This document shows, one piece after another, positions 49,662-58,960 of a DNA stretch of 64,000 nt (position 1 is the stretch's first letter; the number at the start of each line of letters is the position of its first letter). This stretch comes from an uncultured delta proteobacterium. Lineage in GTDB: Bacteria > Myxococcota_A > Polyangia > Polyangiales > Polyangiaceae. The translations under genes were made by a program, and so were the position numbers. The notes beneath the pieces were generated by a model, which worked only from the letters and a program-made list of their open reading frames with translations, was not told the DNA's origin and did not search any database. Location of the stretch: NCBI GenBank assembly GCA_963841435.1, contig CAWJCS010000003.1, forward strand, positions 928,001 through 992,000, read 5' to 3'.

Positions 49662-50481
49662 GGCCGAGCTCCTGCTTCATGCGCTCGATCCAGCCGCCGA
49701 GCAGGCGGCCGAGACGATCGCGCGCCGCGGCGCCCGTCGCCTGCACCTCGGCGTGATCGAGCGGCCGATCGCCGAGGCCGGCAGCGACGTTGGTGACGAC
49801 GCTCACGGCGCCGACACGCACGGCGCATTGCCGGAGCGCGATCACCTCGAGCACGGTGCTCATGCCCACGGCATCGGCGCCGAGCGTGCGCAACATGCGG
49901 ACCTCGGCGGGTGTTTCGTAGCTCGGCCCGAGCAGCCCCGCGTAGACCCCCTCCTCGAGCGTGATCCCCTCGGCTCGGGCGGCGTCGCGTGCGAGACCCG
50001 CCAGTATGGGATCGTAGGCAGCCGTCATGTCGGGAAAGCGCGGCAGCCCCTGGCTGGGACCGACGAGCGGATTCATCCCCGTCAGGTTGACGTGATCCGT
50101 CACGAGGAGCAACGCACCCGGCGAAAGCCCCGAGCGAATGCCTCCCGATGCGTTGGTGAGCAGGACGACGCGACAGCCGAGCTCCCCGAGCAAGCGGACG
50201 CCGAACACGACCTCTTCGGGCGCATGACCCTCGTAGAGGTGGACCCGCCCCGACAGGCACGCGACGGGCACCCCGCGAAGCCGCCCCGCGACGACCTCGC
50301 CCGCGTGGCCCGGCACCTTCGGGACGGGCATGCCCGGCACGTCGGCGTACGGCACCTGCTTTGCCCCCTCGAGGGCGGTGCCGAACGCCCCGAGCCCCGA
50401 GCCGAGCACGACGCCCACGAGCGGCCGTTCGCCGAGCCTTTCACCGAGAATTCGAGCGGCTGCGGCAGGCCTGGCGCTCAT
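49654..50481 (-). CDS. punA: Purine-nucleoside phosphorylase (trimeric type)
   Basis: LGSGLG, GRVHLYEG, TNASGG, GPSYETPAE, DAVGMST, VTNVAAG. Confidence 0.95.
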   Translation of the reverse strand: MSARPAAAARILGERLGERPLVGVVLGSGLGAFGTALEGAKQVPYADVPGMPVPKVPGHAGEVVAGRLRGVPVACLSGRVHLYEGHAPEEVVFGVRLLGELGCRVVLLTNASGGIRSGLSPGALLLVTDHVNLTGMNPLVGPSQGLPRFPDMTAAYDPILAGLARDAARAEGITLEEGVYAGLLGPSYETPAEVRMLRTLGADAVGMSTVLEVIALRQCAVRVGAVSVVTNVAAGLGDRPLDHAEVQATGAAARDRLGRLLGGWIERMKQELGHD

Positions 50482-50550
50482 GCCGGCTCCAAGCTATGGT
50501 CCCGCCCCCTGTCGCCCAGCCCGATAAGGTGCGGGCAGCGAGAACCCTGC

Positions 50551-50892
50551 ATGGCCAGCAAGTTCGCCCAGTTCATCGAAGATAACAAGATCGACCCGCG
50601 CCGCCTGCTCGTGGTCTCCAAGCGCATCGAGCGCCTCGGTCCCCCCGACCGTCGCATCAAGCTCGACAAAGCGCGCGCCAAGAGCGCGGGCGCAACTCCT
50701 GCGCCGGCCGAAGGCGAGAAGGTGGAGCCGAAAAAGCCGAAGTCCGGCAGGCCCGTGACGCCGCGGCTGTTCGACGCCGCCAAGAACGGCAAGCCCGTGG
50801 CCGCGCCCGCCAAGACCCGCCTTCTTCGCGCCGTCAACGGCGTCCTCACGCAGAAGAAGAAGCCGGCCGTCGATTTGCGCACGCTCTTCTGA
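50551..50892 (+). CDS. Small basic (Lys/Arg/Ala-rich) hypothetical protein
   Basis: MASKFAQFIEDNKIDPRRLL..KPKSGRPVT..KTRLLRAVN..DLRTLF; codon usage typical of a real gene. Confidence 0.75.
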   Translation: MASKFAQFIEDNKIDPRRLLVVSKRIERLGPPDRRIKLDKARAKSAGATPAPAEGEKVEPKKPKSGRPVTPRLFDAAKNGKPVAAPAKTRLLRAVNGVLTQKKKPAVDLRTLF

Positions 50893-51073
50893 GCGTTCGG
50901 CCGCGCGCCGCGGCAGACAAAGGCTGAAAGATCCGGGAGGCCCGTGCATCCAACCTCCCGTGGCCCCGGCCTTCGCCCTTGCCTACCCGCTCCTACCCGC
51001 GCGGCTCACTCCGTTCGGTCCGCCGGTGGGCGCGGACGAGCGGGGAGCGCGTGCGGGCGCTAGTCTTGGACGG

Positions 51074-51700
51074 GTGAGCGTTTCCGGGGACCTCCTGTCA
51101 CGCTGCCAAGCTTCGGACCCTGCCGCCTTTCGCGAGCTGTTCGAGACGCACCGCGTCGAGGTCACGCGTCTCGTGTTCCGCATGACGCACGGCAGCGGCG
51201 ACCTCGAGGATCTCGTGCAAGAGGTGTTCGTTCAGGTCCATCGCAGCCTGCCGTCGTTCCGCAGCGAGGCGCGCCTCTCGACGTGGATTCTTCGTATCGC
51301 CGTGAATGTCGTGCTCATGCACCGTCGCGCGGCGCGCACGCGCCCGCTGATGCTCGTGAGCAAGGGCGAGCCGTCGCTCATCGACGACGCAGGGCCGCCC
51401 GACGAGCAGGTGTCTCGGCGGCGCCGCATCGAAGCGCTCTATCGCATCGTCGATCGTTTGAGCGAGAAGAAGCGCACGGTGTACGTGCTGCACGAGCTCG
51501 AGGGTCTGTCACCCCATGAGATTGCCAAGATCCTCGGGTCACCCGTGCTGACCGTCCGCACGCGGCTCTTCTACGCGCGGCGCGAGGTGCTCTCCCTGCT
51601 CTCGAGCGAGCCCGCGCTCCGCGCCATCGCCGACGGCCTCGGAGCGCCGAGCTCCGATCGACCCGGTGCGGGACGCGAGCCGCACAAGGAGCCCGCTTGA
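51074..51700 (+). CDS. ECF sigma-70 factor
   Basis: EDLVQEVF, LSTWILRIAVN, LHELEGLS..EIA..TVRTRLFYAR. Confidence 0.92.
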   Translation: MSVSGDLLSRCQASDPAAFRELFETHRVEVTRLVFRMTHGSGDLEDLVQEVFVQVHRSLPSFRSEARLSTWILRIAVNVVLMHRRAARTRPLMLVSKGEPSLIDDAGPPDEQVSRRRRIEALYRIVDRLSEKKRTVYVLHELEGLSPHEIAKILGSPVLTVRTRLFYARREVLSLLSSEPALRAIADGLGAPSSDRPGAGREPHKEPA

Positions 51701-52803
51701 ACCGCCAGCGCGACGCCCGGGCGCTCCGCGCCGTCCTCGAGGAGGCGCGTGCCGAGCGCCCCCCCGAGATCGACATCGCACGCATCGAGCGCACGCTCGA
51801 GAGCTTGCCCCCGCGCTCGGTACCACGGCCGTCGCTGCATTTCGGCAGGCGACTCTGGCTCGTGCCTGCCGCCGTGGCCGCGCTCGCGGGGCTCGTCTAC
51901 CTGGTGCGACCCGCGCCCATCTCGGCGCCCGTGCCCGCGCCGAGCGCAGCGAGCGAGCGTCGCGGAGCGACCGACGGCGACACGCTCGCGCCCGGCAGCG
52001 TCGTCGCGGCGGCGGACGAGCCGCGCGTGGTCGCACACGCCGGGCGCGTCACGTGGACGCTCGAGCCGGGGTCGCGCGCCACGCTCATCAGCGCCGGCGA
52101 CATGGTGACGGTGCGCCTCGAACGCGGCGCGGTGTCGGCGCGCGTCGTGCCGAGCCTGCGTCCGGAATCGTTCGCGATCGAGGCGCGCGAGCTGCGCGTC
52201 GCCGCCCACGGCACGGCGTTTCGCGTGGCGCTCGCCGCCGACAGCGTCAACGTCGCCGTGACCGAGGGCACGGTGCTCGTCGGCCCGCGCAGCCAGCCCG
52301 GCACGGGGCATCTGCTCACGAGCCCGGCCGCGGAGCACTTCGCGCCGCCCCACCCCGGCGACGAGCCCGCCCCGAAGCGCCCGAGCGCGCGCGCGCCCGT
52401 CTCCACGGCGCCGAGCGCCCCCGAAGAACCCTCCGCCAACAGAGAGGGGAGCGAGGCGGCCCGGAAGAGCGACGCCGACACGCACGAACCCGGCCACGTC
52501 GCCGAGCGCCCGGTGGTGCCCGAGCCGTCGCCGGGAGCCGTTGACACCGCGACACTCCACCTCATCGAGCTCACGTCCGCATGCTTCCGGCAGCGCACCG
52601 TCGCGGCCCAACTGCCGAGCGGCGCCGCGCAGACCACGCTGCGCTACCAGTCGCTCCCGAACGGCTCGATCGCGGGCGTGCAATTTTCGCCACGGCTGCC
52701 GAGCGGCGTCGAGCTCTGCGTTCGTGACGGCGCGCGCTCGCTGCACGCGCCCGTCTCACCGAACGGCCTCGAAGTATCGCGCGCCATCGTCCTGTCGCGC
52801 TGA
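51697..52803 (+). CDS. FecR-domain anti-sigma factor
   Basis: Single TM, VRLERGAV, AHGTAFRV, VAVTEGTV; coupled to the ECF gene. Confidence 0.85.
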   Translation: MNRQRDARALRAVLEEARAERPPEIDIARIERTLESLPPRSVPRPSLHFGRRLWLVPAAVAALAGLVYLVRPAPISAPVPAPSAASERRGATDGDTLAPGSVVAAADEPRVVAHAGRVTWTLEPGSRATLISAGDMVTVRLERGAVSARVVPSLRPESFAIEARELRVAAHGTAFRVALAADSVNVAVTEGTVLVGPRSQPGTGHLLTSPAAEHFAPPHPGDEPAPKRPSARAPVSTAPSAPEEPSANREGSEAARKSDADTHEPGHVAERPVVPEPSPGAVDTATLHLIELTSACFRQRTVAAQLPSGAAQTTLRYQSLPNGSIAGVQFSPRLPSGVELCVRDGARSLHAPVSPNGLEVSRAIVLSR

Positions 52804-52836
52804 GAGCGCCGGACGGGTTCGACGAATCTCGGGCGG

Positions 52837-53223
52837 CTACTCGCGCGTCAGCACGACGGCGTGCGCCGAGTCGATCATCCAGCGCATGCTGCGCTCGTCG
52901 TCGAGCACGAGGGCGAGCGGGTCGAGCTTGCCGTCGGGGCGCTCCACCGCAAGCTCGACGCGCGTCCCGCGGGCCGACGCGATCCGGTAGGGCGCGGAGC
53001 GAGGCTCCTCGGCGGGGATGGCGACGGTGATCTTCTGGCCGGAGAACTCGAAGAGCACACCCTTCGCCCACCCCGTGGCCGCGGCGACGTCCCGCTGCTC
53101 GAAGCTCTCGACGCCGGAGCCGAGCCAGCGGCCATCGAGCTTGCGGGTCAGGGGGTTGCCGCAGCCGGCGGTGGCGCAGACGACGACGGCCAGCAGCGCG
53201 GGCTTGCGAGCAAATGGGGACAT
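52837..53223 (-). CDS. Small hypothetical lipoprotein
   Basis: Lipobox TAGC, LDGRW, beta-rich body. Confidence 0.68.
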   Translation of the reverse strand: MSPFARKPALLAVVVCATAGCGNPLTRKLDGRWLGSGVESFEQRDVAAATGWAKGVLFEFSGQKITVAIPAEEPRSAPYRIASARGTRVELAVERPDGKLDPLALVLDDERSMRWMIDSAHAVVLTRE

Positions 53224-53281
53224 GAAGGGAATGGTAAGATAGACACCTACATGAGACCACATTTGTGGTGGCCAAATTCGT

Positions 53282-54232
53282 TCACAAGCAGCATCTTACG
53301 CCTATACTGTAATCAAAGTACTCCTGGGGGTGTTGCGTGATCCGGGCGTCGCAGCCGTCCACGGTCGCTCGCGAGAAGAAGCCGCCGACGAAGGCCCCGG
53401 AAGGCTCATCCACCCACTCATCGAGGTTGCCCACCATGTCGAAGACGGCATCCCCGGACCAGTCGCTCCGGCAACGCGCGCTCTCCCCGGTTCGGCGCAG
53501 CAAGGGTCCCTCGGCACCCGCAACGAGGTTCAGGCGCGGATCGAGGTGATGGACGGACGCGTTGCCGTAGAGCACGTCCGCGGGGTGCGCTTCACGGCCG
53601 ACGTTGCAGACGCCGGGCTCGTAGCGCTCGCCGTAGGGAAACTTCCGTCGCTCTTCGCCACGGCACGCATCAATCCATTCGGCGAGCGTGCAGAGGCGTT
53701 TGCCGGCCGTCGCGCAGGCACGGGCCGCGAGAATGCCGCTCACGTAACCGTTCGGAATCGCTCCGGCGCGCGACTCGGCGCGCGGCACGAAGGGCTCGTT
53801 TTGCTCCCAGCCGGGCAGGAGCGGCAGCCTGGGTGCCGCCGCGGGCACACCCTCTCGAAAGAGCTCGAGCGCCCGCAGCGCATCGCTGCGACTCGGGGCG
53901 AAATAGGGCGAGATCGACCTTCCCAGGCGAGCATCGACGAGCACGTCTTCGTAGCGGTCGACGCAAAAGCGCCCCGCGGCGAAGACCATGTCGGCGGGAC
54001 AGCGCCCACCGCGGGGACCCACGGGGAGGCGCGGCGGGCCTTCCGAGCCCCCGAGCACGCTGTCACCCCCGTCCGGCAGGTAGAGCACCGCCGGGGGACG
54101 CGCCTTGGCTGCACCAGACGACGCGCTCGGAGATCCGCGGGTCGCGTCGTCTTCGGAGCGCCGGCAGGCGGCGAGAGCGAGCAACGCCGCGAGGGCGAGC
54201 GACGCGCGCCCGAACCCGCCGCGGGGGATCAC
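53282..54232 (-). CDS. SUMF1/FGE-sulfatase-domain lipoprotein
   Basis: LAAC, CPADMV..FCVDRYE, GKRLCT..EW, FPYG, DMVGNLDEW, GVRCC. Confidence 0.85.
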   Translation of the reverse strand: MIPRGGFGRASLALAALLALAACRRSEDDATRGSPSASSGAAKARPPAVLYLPDGGDSVLGGSEGPPRLPVGPRGGRCPADMVFAAGRFCVDRYEDVLVDARLGRSISPYFAPSRSDALRALELFREGVPAAAPRLPLLPGWEQNEPFVPRAESRAGAIPNGYVSGILAARACATAGKRLCTLAEWIDACRGEERRKFPYGERYEPGVCNVGREAHPADVLYGNASVHHLDPRLNLVAGAEGPLLRRTGESARCRSDWSGDAVFDMVGNLDEWVDEPSGAFVGGFFSRATVDGCDARITQHPQEYFDYSIGVRCCL

Positions 54233-54450
54233 TTGCCGCGGTAGACGATGAGCCCGTGGCTGAGGTCGTAGGGCGAGACGGCGACGCGCACCCTGTCGCC
54301 CGGCAGCACGCGGATGTGATGACGCCGCATGCGACCCGAGAGCTGAGCGCGGACGATCGCTCCACCCTGGTCAACCTTGATGTTGTACTGGCCGCCGCCG
54401 AGCGCGTCCTGAATCACGCCTTCCATCTCGAGAAGATCACCCTTGCTCAT
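54229..54450 (-). CDS. infA: Translation initiation factor IF-1 (orphan copy)
   Basis: LEMEG.I..AL, AQLSGRMRRHHIRVLPGDRVRV.VSPYDL..G.IVYR. Confidence 0.92.
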   Translation of the reverse strand: MSKGDLLEMEGVIQDALGGGQYNIKVDQGGAIVRAQLSGRMRRHHIRVLPGDRVRVAVSPYDLSHGLIVYRGK

Positions 54451-54575
54451 TTGTTTGTCGGCAGCCCAGCGCTCTCGGGCGAGGCGGGCGGAAGGATACA
54501 TACAAAGCAGCACTCGGCAAGGACAACCCCACCCCGGCATGGACGTAGCCCACCTTCGCGTGGTCTACCTGACGC

Positions 54576-55766
54576 GTGACCCCGGCCCCTCTCGCTCGGT
54601 TGCTCGCCCTGGCGGGCGCCCTGCTCGCGGCCGGCTCGGCGCTCGGAGCACGCGGCACGGCACGCCAGGCCGGCATGCACGTGGGGCCCGGCCCGACCGG
54701 CTGGGCAGCCGCGGGGGTGGGCGCCATCCGCGGCATCACCGTCGGTCCCATCGAGAGCAGCCTGCACCCGGGCAAGGGCTACGGCAGCGCCCCCTACGAA
54801 CGCACGCTCGACGAGTCCCAAAGGCTCGGAGCGACCTGGGTGAGCCTCACGGTGTTCGGTCGCGTGGCGGATTTGAAGCCGAGCGCCGTGTCGCCGACGT
54901 TCGAGGCGCCCTACGAAAAGAACCGCGCCGACGTGCGCCGCGCCGTCAGGAGCGCGCACGCGCGGGGGCTCAGGGTGTTCCTCGTGCCGCATCTCTGGGT
55001 CGAGTCGGGCGGCTGGCGAGGCGAGCTCGACCCCGGCGACGACGACGCGTGGCGCGCCTTTCGGGAAAGCTACCGCTCGTTCTTGCTCGGATGGGCCGAC
55101 GTCGCGCGCGAGGCCGGCGTCGACCTGCTGTCGATCGGGGTGGAGCTTCGAAGCTGGCTCACGACGACGCACGCCGCGGGGTTCGTCGACCTCGTGCGCG
55201 AGGTCCGTGCTCACTACCCGGGGCTTCTGACGTACGCCGCGAACTGGGACGACGTCGACGACACCGTGATTCTCGGCGAGCTCGATCTCATCGGTGTGAA
55301 CGCCTTCTTCCCGCTCACCGACAAGCCGAACGCCTCGATCGGCGACCTCATCGAGGGCGGACGGCGCGTCGCCGCGGAGCTTTCGACGCTTGCCGAACGG
55401 TGGCAAAAGCCCATCCTCCTGACCGAGTTCGGCTACACGACGCGCGCCGATCCGGCGCTTCGACCCTGGGAATGGCCGGACGGCATGACCAACGTCGTCG
55501 TCGACGAGGCCGCGCAGGATCGCGCCTACTTCGGGCTGCTTTCGCCGCTGCTCGACGAGCCGTGGCTCGCGGGGGCGTTCTGTTGGCGCCTGTACGCCGA
55601 CCCGGACGACGTGTCGCAGGAGGCCGCCTGGGGCTTCTCACCGCGCGGCAAGCTGGCGGAGCTCACACTGCGCGACGCCTACCGCGCGCGCTGGGCATCC
55701 GACGGCACCTGGCCGCTCGGCGGCGCGCTCGTCCGCTCGGCGGCGGGCGAGCCAGGCGTGTTCTGA
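54576..55766 (+). CDS. Glycoside hydrolase family 113-like TIM-barrel protein
   Basis: LVPHLW..WRG, SIGVEL, LTYAANWD, IGVNAFFPL, LTEFGY. Confidence 0.82.
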   Translation: MTPAPLARLLALAGALLAAGSALGARGTARQAGMHVGPGPTGWAAAGVGAIRGITVGPIESSLHPGKGYGSAPYERTLDESQRLGATWVSLTVFGRVADLKPSAVSPTFEAPYEKNRADVRRAVRSAHARGLRVFLVPHLWVESGGWRGELDPGDDDAWRAFRESYRSFLLGWADVAREAGVDLLSIGVELRSWLTTTHAAGFVDLVREVRAHYPGLLTYAANWDDVDDTVILGELDLIGVNAFFPLTDKPNASIGDLIEGGRRVAAELSTLAERWQKPILLTEFGYTTRADPALRPWEWPDGMTNVVVDEAAQDRAYFGLLSPLLDEPWLAGAFCWRLYADPDDVSQEAAWGFSPRGKLAELTLRDAYRARWASDGTWPLGGALVRSAAGEPGVF

Positions 55767-55822
55767 CCCGTTCGGCGAGCGCTCGGCACGGGACCGTCGT
55801 CGCCGGTGTATCATGGCGCACG

Positions 55823-56905
55823 ATGCGAACGTTGGCCCGACACGTCCTCGCCGGCACGGTGCTCGCGATGACGAGCTGCGGGAATAGCGAAACGCCTGGC
55901 GTCGACGTAACGGGCGGACGAGCGGGCAGTGCGGGCACGGCAGCCATGGCGGGTGAGAGCACGGCGGCCGGAACGGCGGGGTCGGCCGGGGCCACGGGGG
56001 GAGACGCGAGCGGGCGCGGCGGCGCAACGGGTGCCGGAGCGGGCGGCGGCGGTAGCACGGCCATTGCGGGCCGCGACAGCGGCGGCGCTTCGTCTGGCGG
56101 CGCTTCGTCTGGCGGCGCTTCGTCTGGCGGCGCTTCGTCTGGCGGCGCTTCGTCTGGCGGCGCCGCCGGAATGGAGCCCGAGGGCGGCTCCGGCGGCGAC
56201 TATTGGCAGCCGACCGCCGGTCTGAGCTGGCAATGGCAGCTCTCGGTGCCGCTCGGCGACGTGCTTCCAGTTGACGTTTACGACATCGACTGGGAAAGCG
56301 ACGCGAGCGACGTTGCGAAGCTCCACGCGCAAGGCACGAAAGTCATCTGTTACGTGAGCGTCGGCAGCTGGGAGGATTTCCGTCCCGACAGCGACCTCTT
56401 TCCCGCAGCGGTGCTCGGCAACGACTACGACGGCTGGCCCGGCGAGAAGTACCTCGACATCCGGAGCGACGAGACGAGGGCGCGGATGCTCGATCGCTTG
56501 GACGCGTGTCGCTCGAAGGGCTTCGACGCCGTCGAGCCGGACAATATGGACGTCTTCGAGCTCGGTGCCGAGTCGGGCTTTCCGCTCACCCGTGCCGACG
56601 GCATCGATTACGCCAAGTGGCTCGCGGACGCCGTGCACGCGCGCGGCATGAGCATCGGCCAGAAGAACACGGCGAGCCTCACGGACACGCTCGAGCCTCT
56701 CTACGACTGGGCGCTCACCGAGAGCTGCTACTCCGACGGCAACTGGTGCAGCGACCTGCTCGCCTACGCCACCGACGACAAGCCGGTGTTCATGTGCGAG
56801 TACGAGCCCGCGAGCTTCGTGGACGCCTGCTCCGCCTGGAGCAGCCGCTACAGCCCCATTTTGAAGGACCTCGATCTCGGCGAATACGTCTCGTTCTGCC
56901 CGTAG
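55823..56905 (+). CDS. GH114 endo-alpha-1,4-polygalactosaminidase-like lipoprotein
   Basis: Lipobox MTSC, Gly linker, WQWQL, YDID, VICYVSVGSWEDFRPD, GFDAVEPDN, IGQKN. Confidence 0.9.
   Translation: MRTLARHVLAGTVLAMTSCGNSETPGVDVTGGRAGSAGTAAMAGESTAAGTAGSAGATGGDASGRGGATGAGAGGGGSTAIAGRDSGGASSGGASSGGASSGGASSGGASSGGAAGMEPEGGSGGDYWQPTAGLSWQWQLSVPLGDVLPVDVYDIDWESDASDVAKLHAQGTKVICYVSVGSWEDFRPDSDLFPAAVLGNDYDGWPGEKYLDIRSDETRARMLDRLDACRSKGFDAVEPDNMDVFELGAESGFPLTRADGIDYAKWLADAVHARGMSIGQKNTASLTDTLEPLYDWALTESCYSDGNWCSDLLAYATDDKPVFMCEYEPASFVDACSAWSSRYSPILKDLDLGEYVSFCP
56081..56163 (+). repeat. In-frame 15-bp tandem repeat GGCGGCGCTTCGTCT x5 (GGASS linker)
   Basis: Perfect copies at 56081, 56096, 56111, 56126 and 56141, plus a partial. 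Confidence 0.92.
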
Positions 56906-56993
56906 AGCCAGATTCCGAGAGAGGTGTGTCCGGGTGAATGACGCGGGGGCGGGCCGGGCGCCACGGGCCCCGGCATGGGCTCGTGGCCGCGCT

Positions 56994-57692
56994 TCAGCAG
57001 CCCGCGTTGAACGGGCAAGGCCAGGCCGTCTCGCTTGCGCACGACCAGTGGCGAGCGCCCATGTCGTTCGGCGGCTGGCACACGCAGTAGCCCGTCTTCG
57101 AAGATCCGCCGGAATCGAAATAGCTACCCTCGAGGTTGCAGAGCGTGCACTCTGCAACGTCACAGTCGTCGCCGGACTGGGGCGCGGCGGTCGGGCAGAC
57201 GCTGGTGTCGATGGCGTCGGGGATCTTGAAGCAGGAGTAGTCGCCCTCCACCGGGAAGCTGCAGTCGCCTTCGGCATAGACACCCGAAGTACACGTCTCC
57301 GGCTTCCAGCCGACGGAGGTTGGCCCGCAGGCCCGGTAGCAGAGCTGTACGTCCGAGGCGGTGCACGCGACGCCCTTCTTGATCTCGTCACCGGCCGCGG
57401 TGGGTCCCGCGCTGCAGGGGGGCATGAAGCTCTGGGCATCGGTGCCTCCGGAACCCCCCGTGGCGTCCGAGCCGCCCGTGGCGCCGGAGCCGCCCGTAGC
57501 GTCCGAGCCGCCGGTGGCGCCTGAGCCGCCGGTGGCGTCCGAGCCGCCCGTGGCGTCCGAGCCGCCCGTGGCGCCGGAGCCGCCCGTGCCGCTGGCCCCG
57601 TCATCGGAGGACGCATTGTCGCTCGAGCAGCCGGAGGCCAGCCCGAGGGCGAGGGTGAGAGCGAGAAGGAGAGAAGCGTGTCGGGTGCTCAT
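56994..57692 (-). CDS. Cys-rich lipoprotein with (G/D)ATGGS 18-bp repeats
   Basis: Lipobox ASGC; about 7 ATGGS units at about 57450-57590; Cys-rich C-terminal domain. Confidence 0.8.
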   Translation of the reverse strand: MSTRHASLLLALTLALGLASGCSSDNASSDDGASGTGGSGATGGSDATGGSDATGGSGATGGSDATGGSGATGGSDATGGSGGTDAQSFMPPCSAGPTAAGDEIKKGVACTASDVQLCYRACGPTSVGWKPETCTSGVYAEGDCSFPVEGDYSCFKIPDAIDTSVCPTAAPQSGDDCDVAECTLCNLEGSYFDSGGSSKTGYCVCQPPNDMGARHWSCASETAWPCPFNAGC

Positions 57693-57879
57693 GGTGATCG
57701 CCCGCCAAATGCGCGAGGGGGCCCGATCGATCAGGCAATCTGCAGGCCAATTTCATTTGAAATCAAACTTTGTGGGGTGCCGGTACAAGTGGGGAGCCTC
57801 CACGACCAACGGTCGCGGCGACGCGACGCGTGCCGATGGCGCGCGACGCCACCCGTCGAGGAAGGCGTCGCGGGACGGT

Positions 57880-58026
57880 CTGAATCAAGATGCCGGCGTC
57901 GGCGACCCGTAGCTCCGCCTCCCGCTCGAACACTTTGCACGAGAACCCGGCGAGCCTGAGCGCGCGAGCGAGAGCCAGGCCGCCGATGCCTGCGCCACTG
58001 ATGAGGATCTTGCCGTCCCGTTGCAC
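57880..58026 (-). pseudogene. N-terminal fragment of an FAD-dependent monooxygenase
   Basis: ILISGAGIGGLALARAL..FER..L..AGI (Rossmann GxGxxG); similarity ends after about 49 codons. Confidence 0.7.
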
Positions 58027-58166
58027 GAGGGTCTTTCCAGGTGAAGGTGGTTCTAGCCTTTCACCGGGGAGTCGCGCGGACCTTGGCCCACCTTGGCCTG
58101 CTCGGCTTGGTCAGCGTACACTTTGGGTGAGGTCGGTGGACGAGGCGACGTACAGTGGGAGGTGCC

Positions 58167-58920
58167 GTGAACTTTCTTGGATCCATAACGATAGGCGTGG
58201 TGGTTCTGGGGATGGCGTACGGCTGTGGCTCCGACGACGACAACCGCGGTGGCTCGTCGGGCGGCATGGGCGGCGGAGAGGGGGGCGGTCCCTCCAATCT
58301 TCCCGAAGGCTGTGACTTTCTCGCCGGGAAGGAGCCTGCACCCGTCTGCGGCAGCGGTGTTGCTTGCGAGCAGGTTCGGAGCGAGACAACGGCGCGCTTT
58401 TCAGCTGAACCTCGCGGACTCCTTTACCGACGACGACGGGAACGACGTGCCCTACTCCGAAGAGGAGCTCGGAATGCGCCTCCAATGCTTGACGAGCTGG
58501 CTGACGGGAATTGGTTTGGAGCCGGAGGTGCTGACGAATCTCCACATGGTGATCGTGAATGCGACCTTCGCAGTGCTCGAGCCCGTGCTCGAGAGCGCCG
58601 TGCTCGACAGGTACTGGATCGACTGCGAAGGCGGCGACTGCAGCTACTGCCACGAGCTGGACGAGTCCGATTGTGCCGAAGATGCATTCTGTGCGCCGTA
58701 CCTCGGGTGGCCGATCGACGAAGAACGCCAGTGCCTGAACCAGGCGTCGTTTGCGACCTGCGCTGGCGCCCACCAGGGGTGCGCTACCGCCGCCAGCCTC
58801 CAACGCGACGAAAACGGTCAGTGCTGGTGGTTTCCCAATCGCTGCGTGCTCGTCCACCTGCAGAGCGACGCGACCTGCGGGGACGAGGAAGCCGATCCTC
58901 CGCCGGATTGCGGCAGCTGA
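58167..58920 (+). CDS. Cys-rich lipoprotein, frameshift at TTTT 58398-58401
   Basis: Lipobox AYGC and Gly linker in one frame; acidic Cys-rich domain including CSYCH in the next; lower GC than the flanks. Confidence 0.6.
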
Positions 58921-58960
58921 GCGACACGCGTCCCGCGCGAGCCTCGAGCGCAGCGTGGCC

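Noticed and set aside
56994-58920. RiPP precursors among the Cys/Gly-rich proteins
   Set aside because: They have lipoprotein signals and no modifying enzymes nearby
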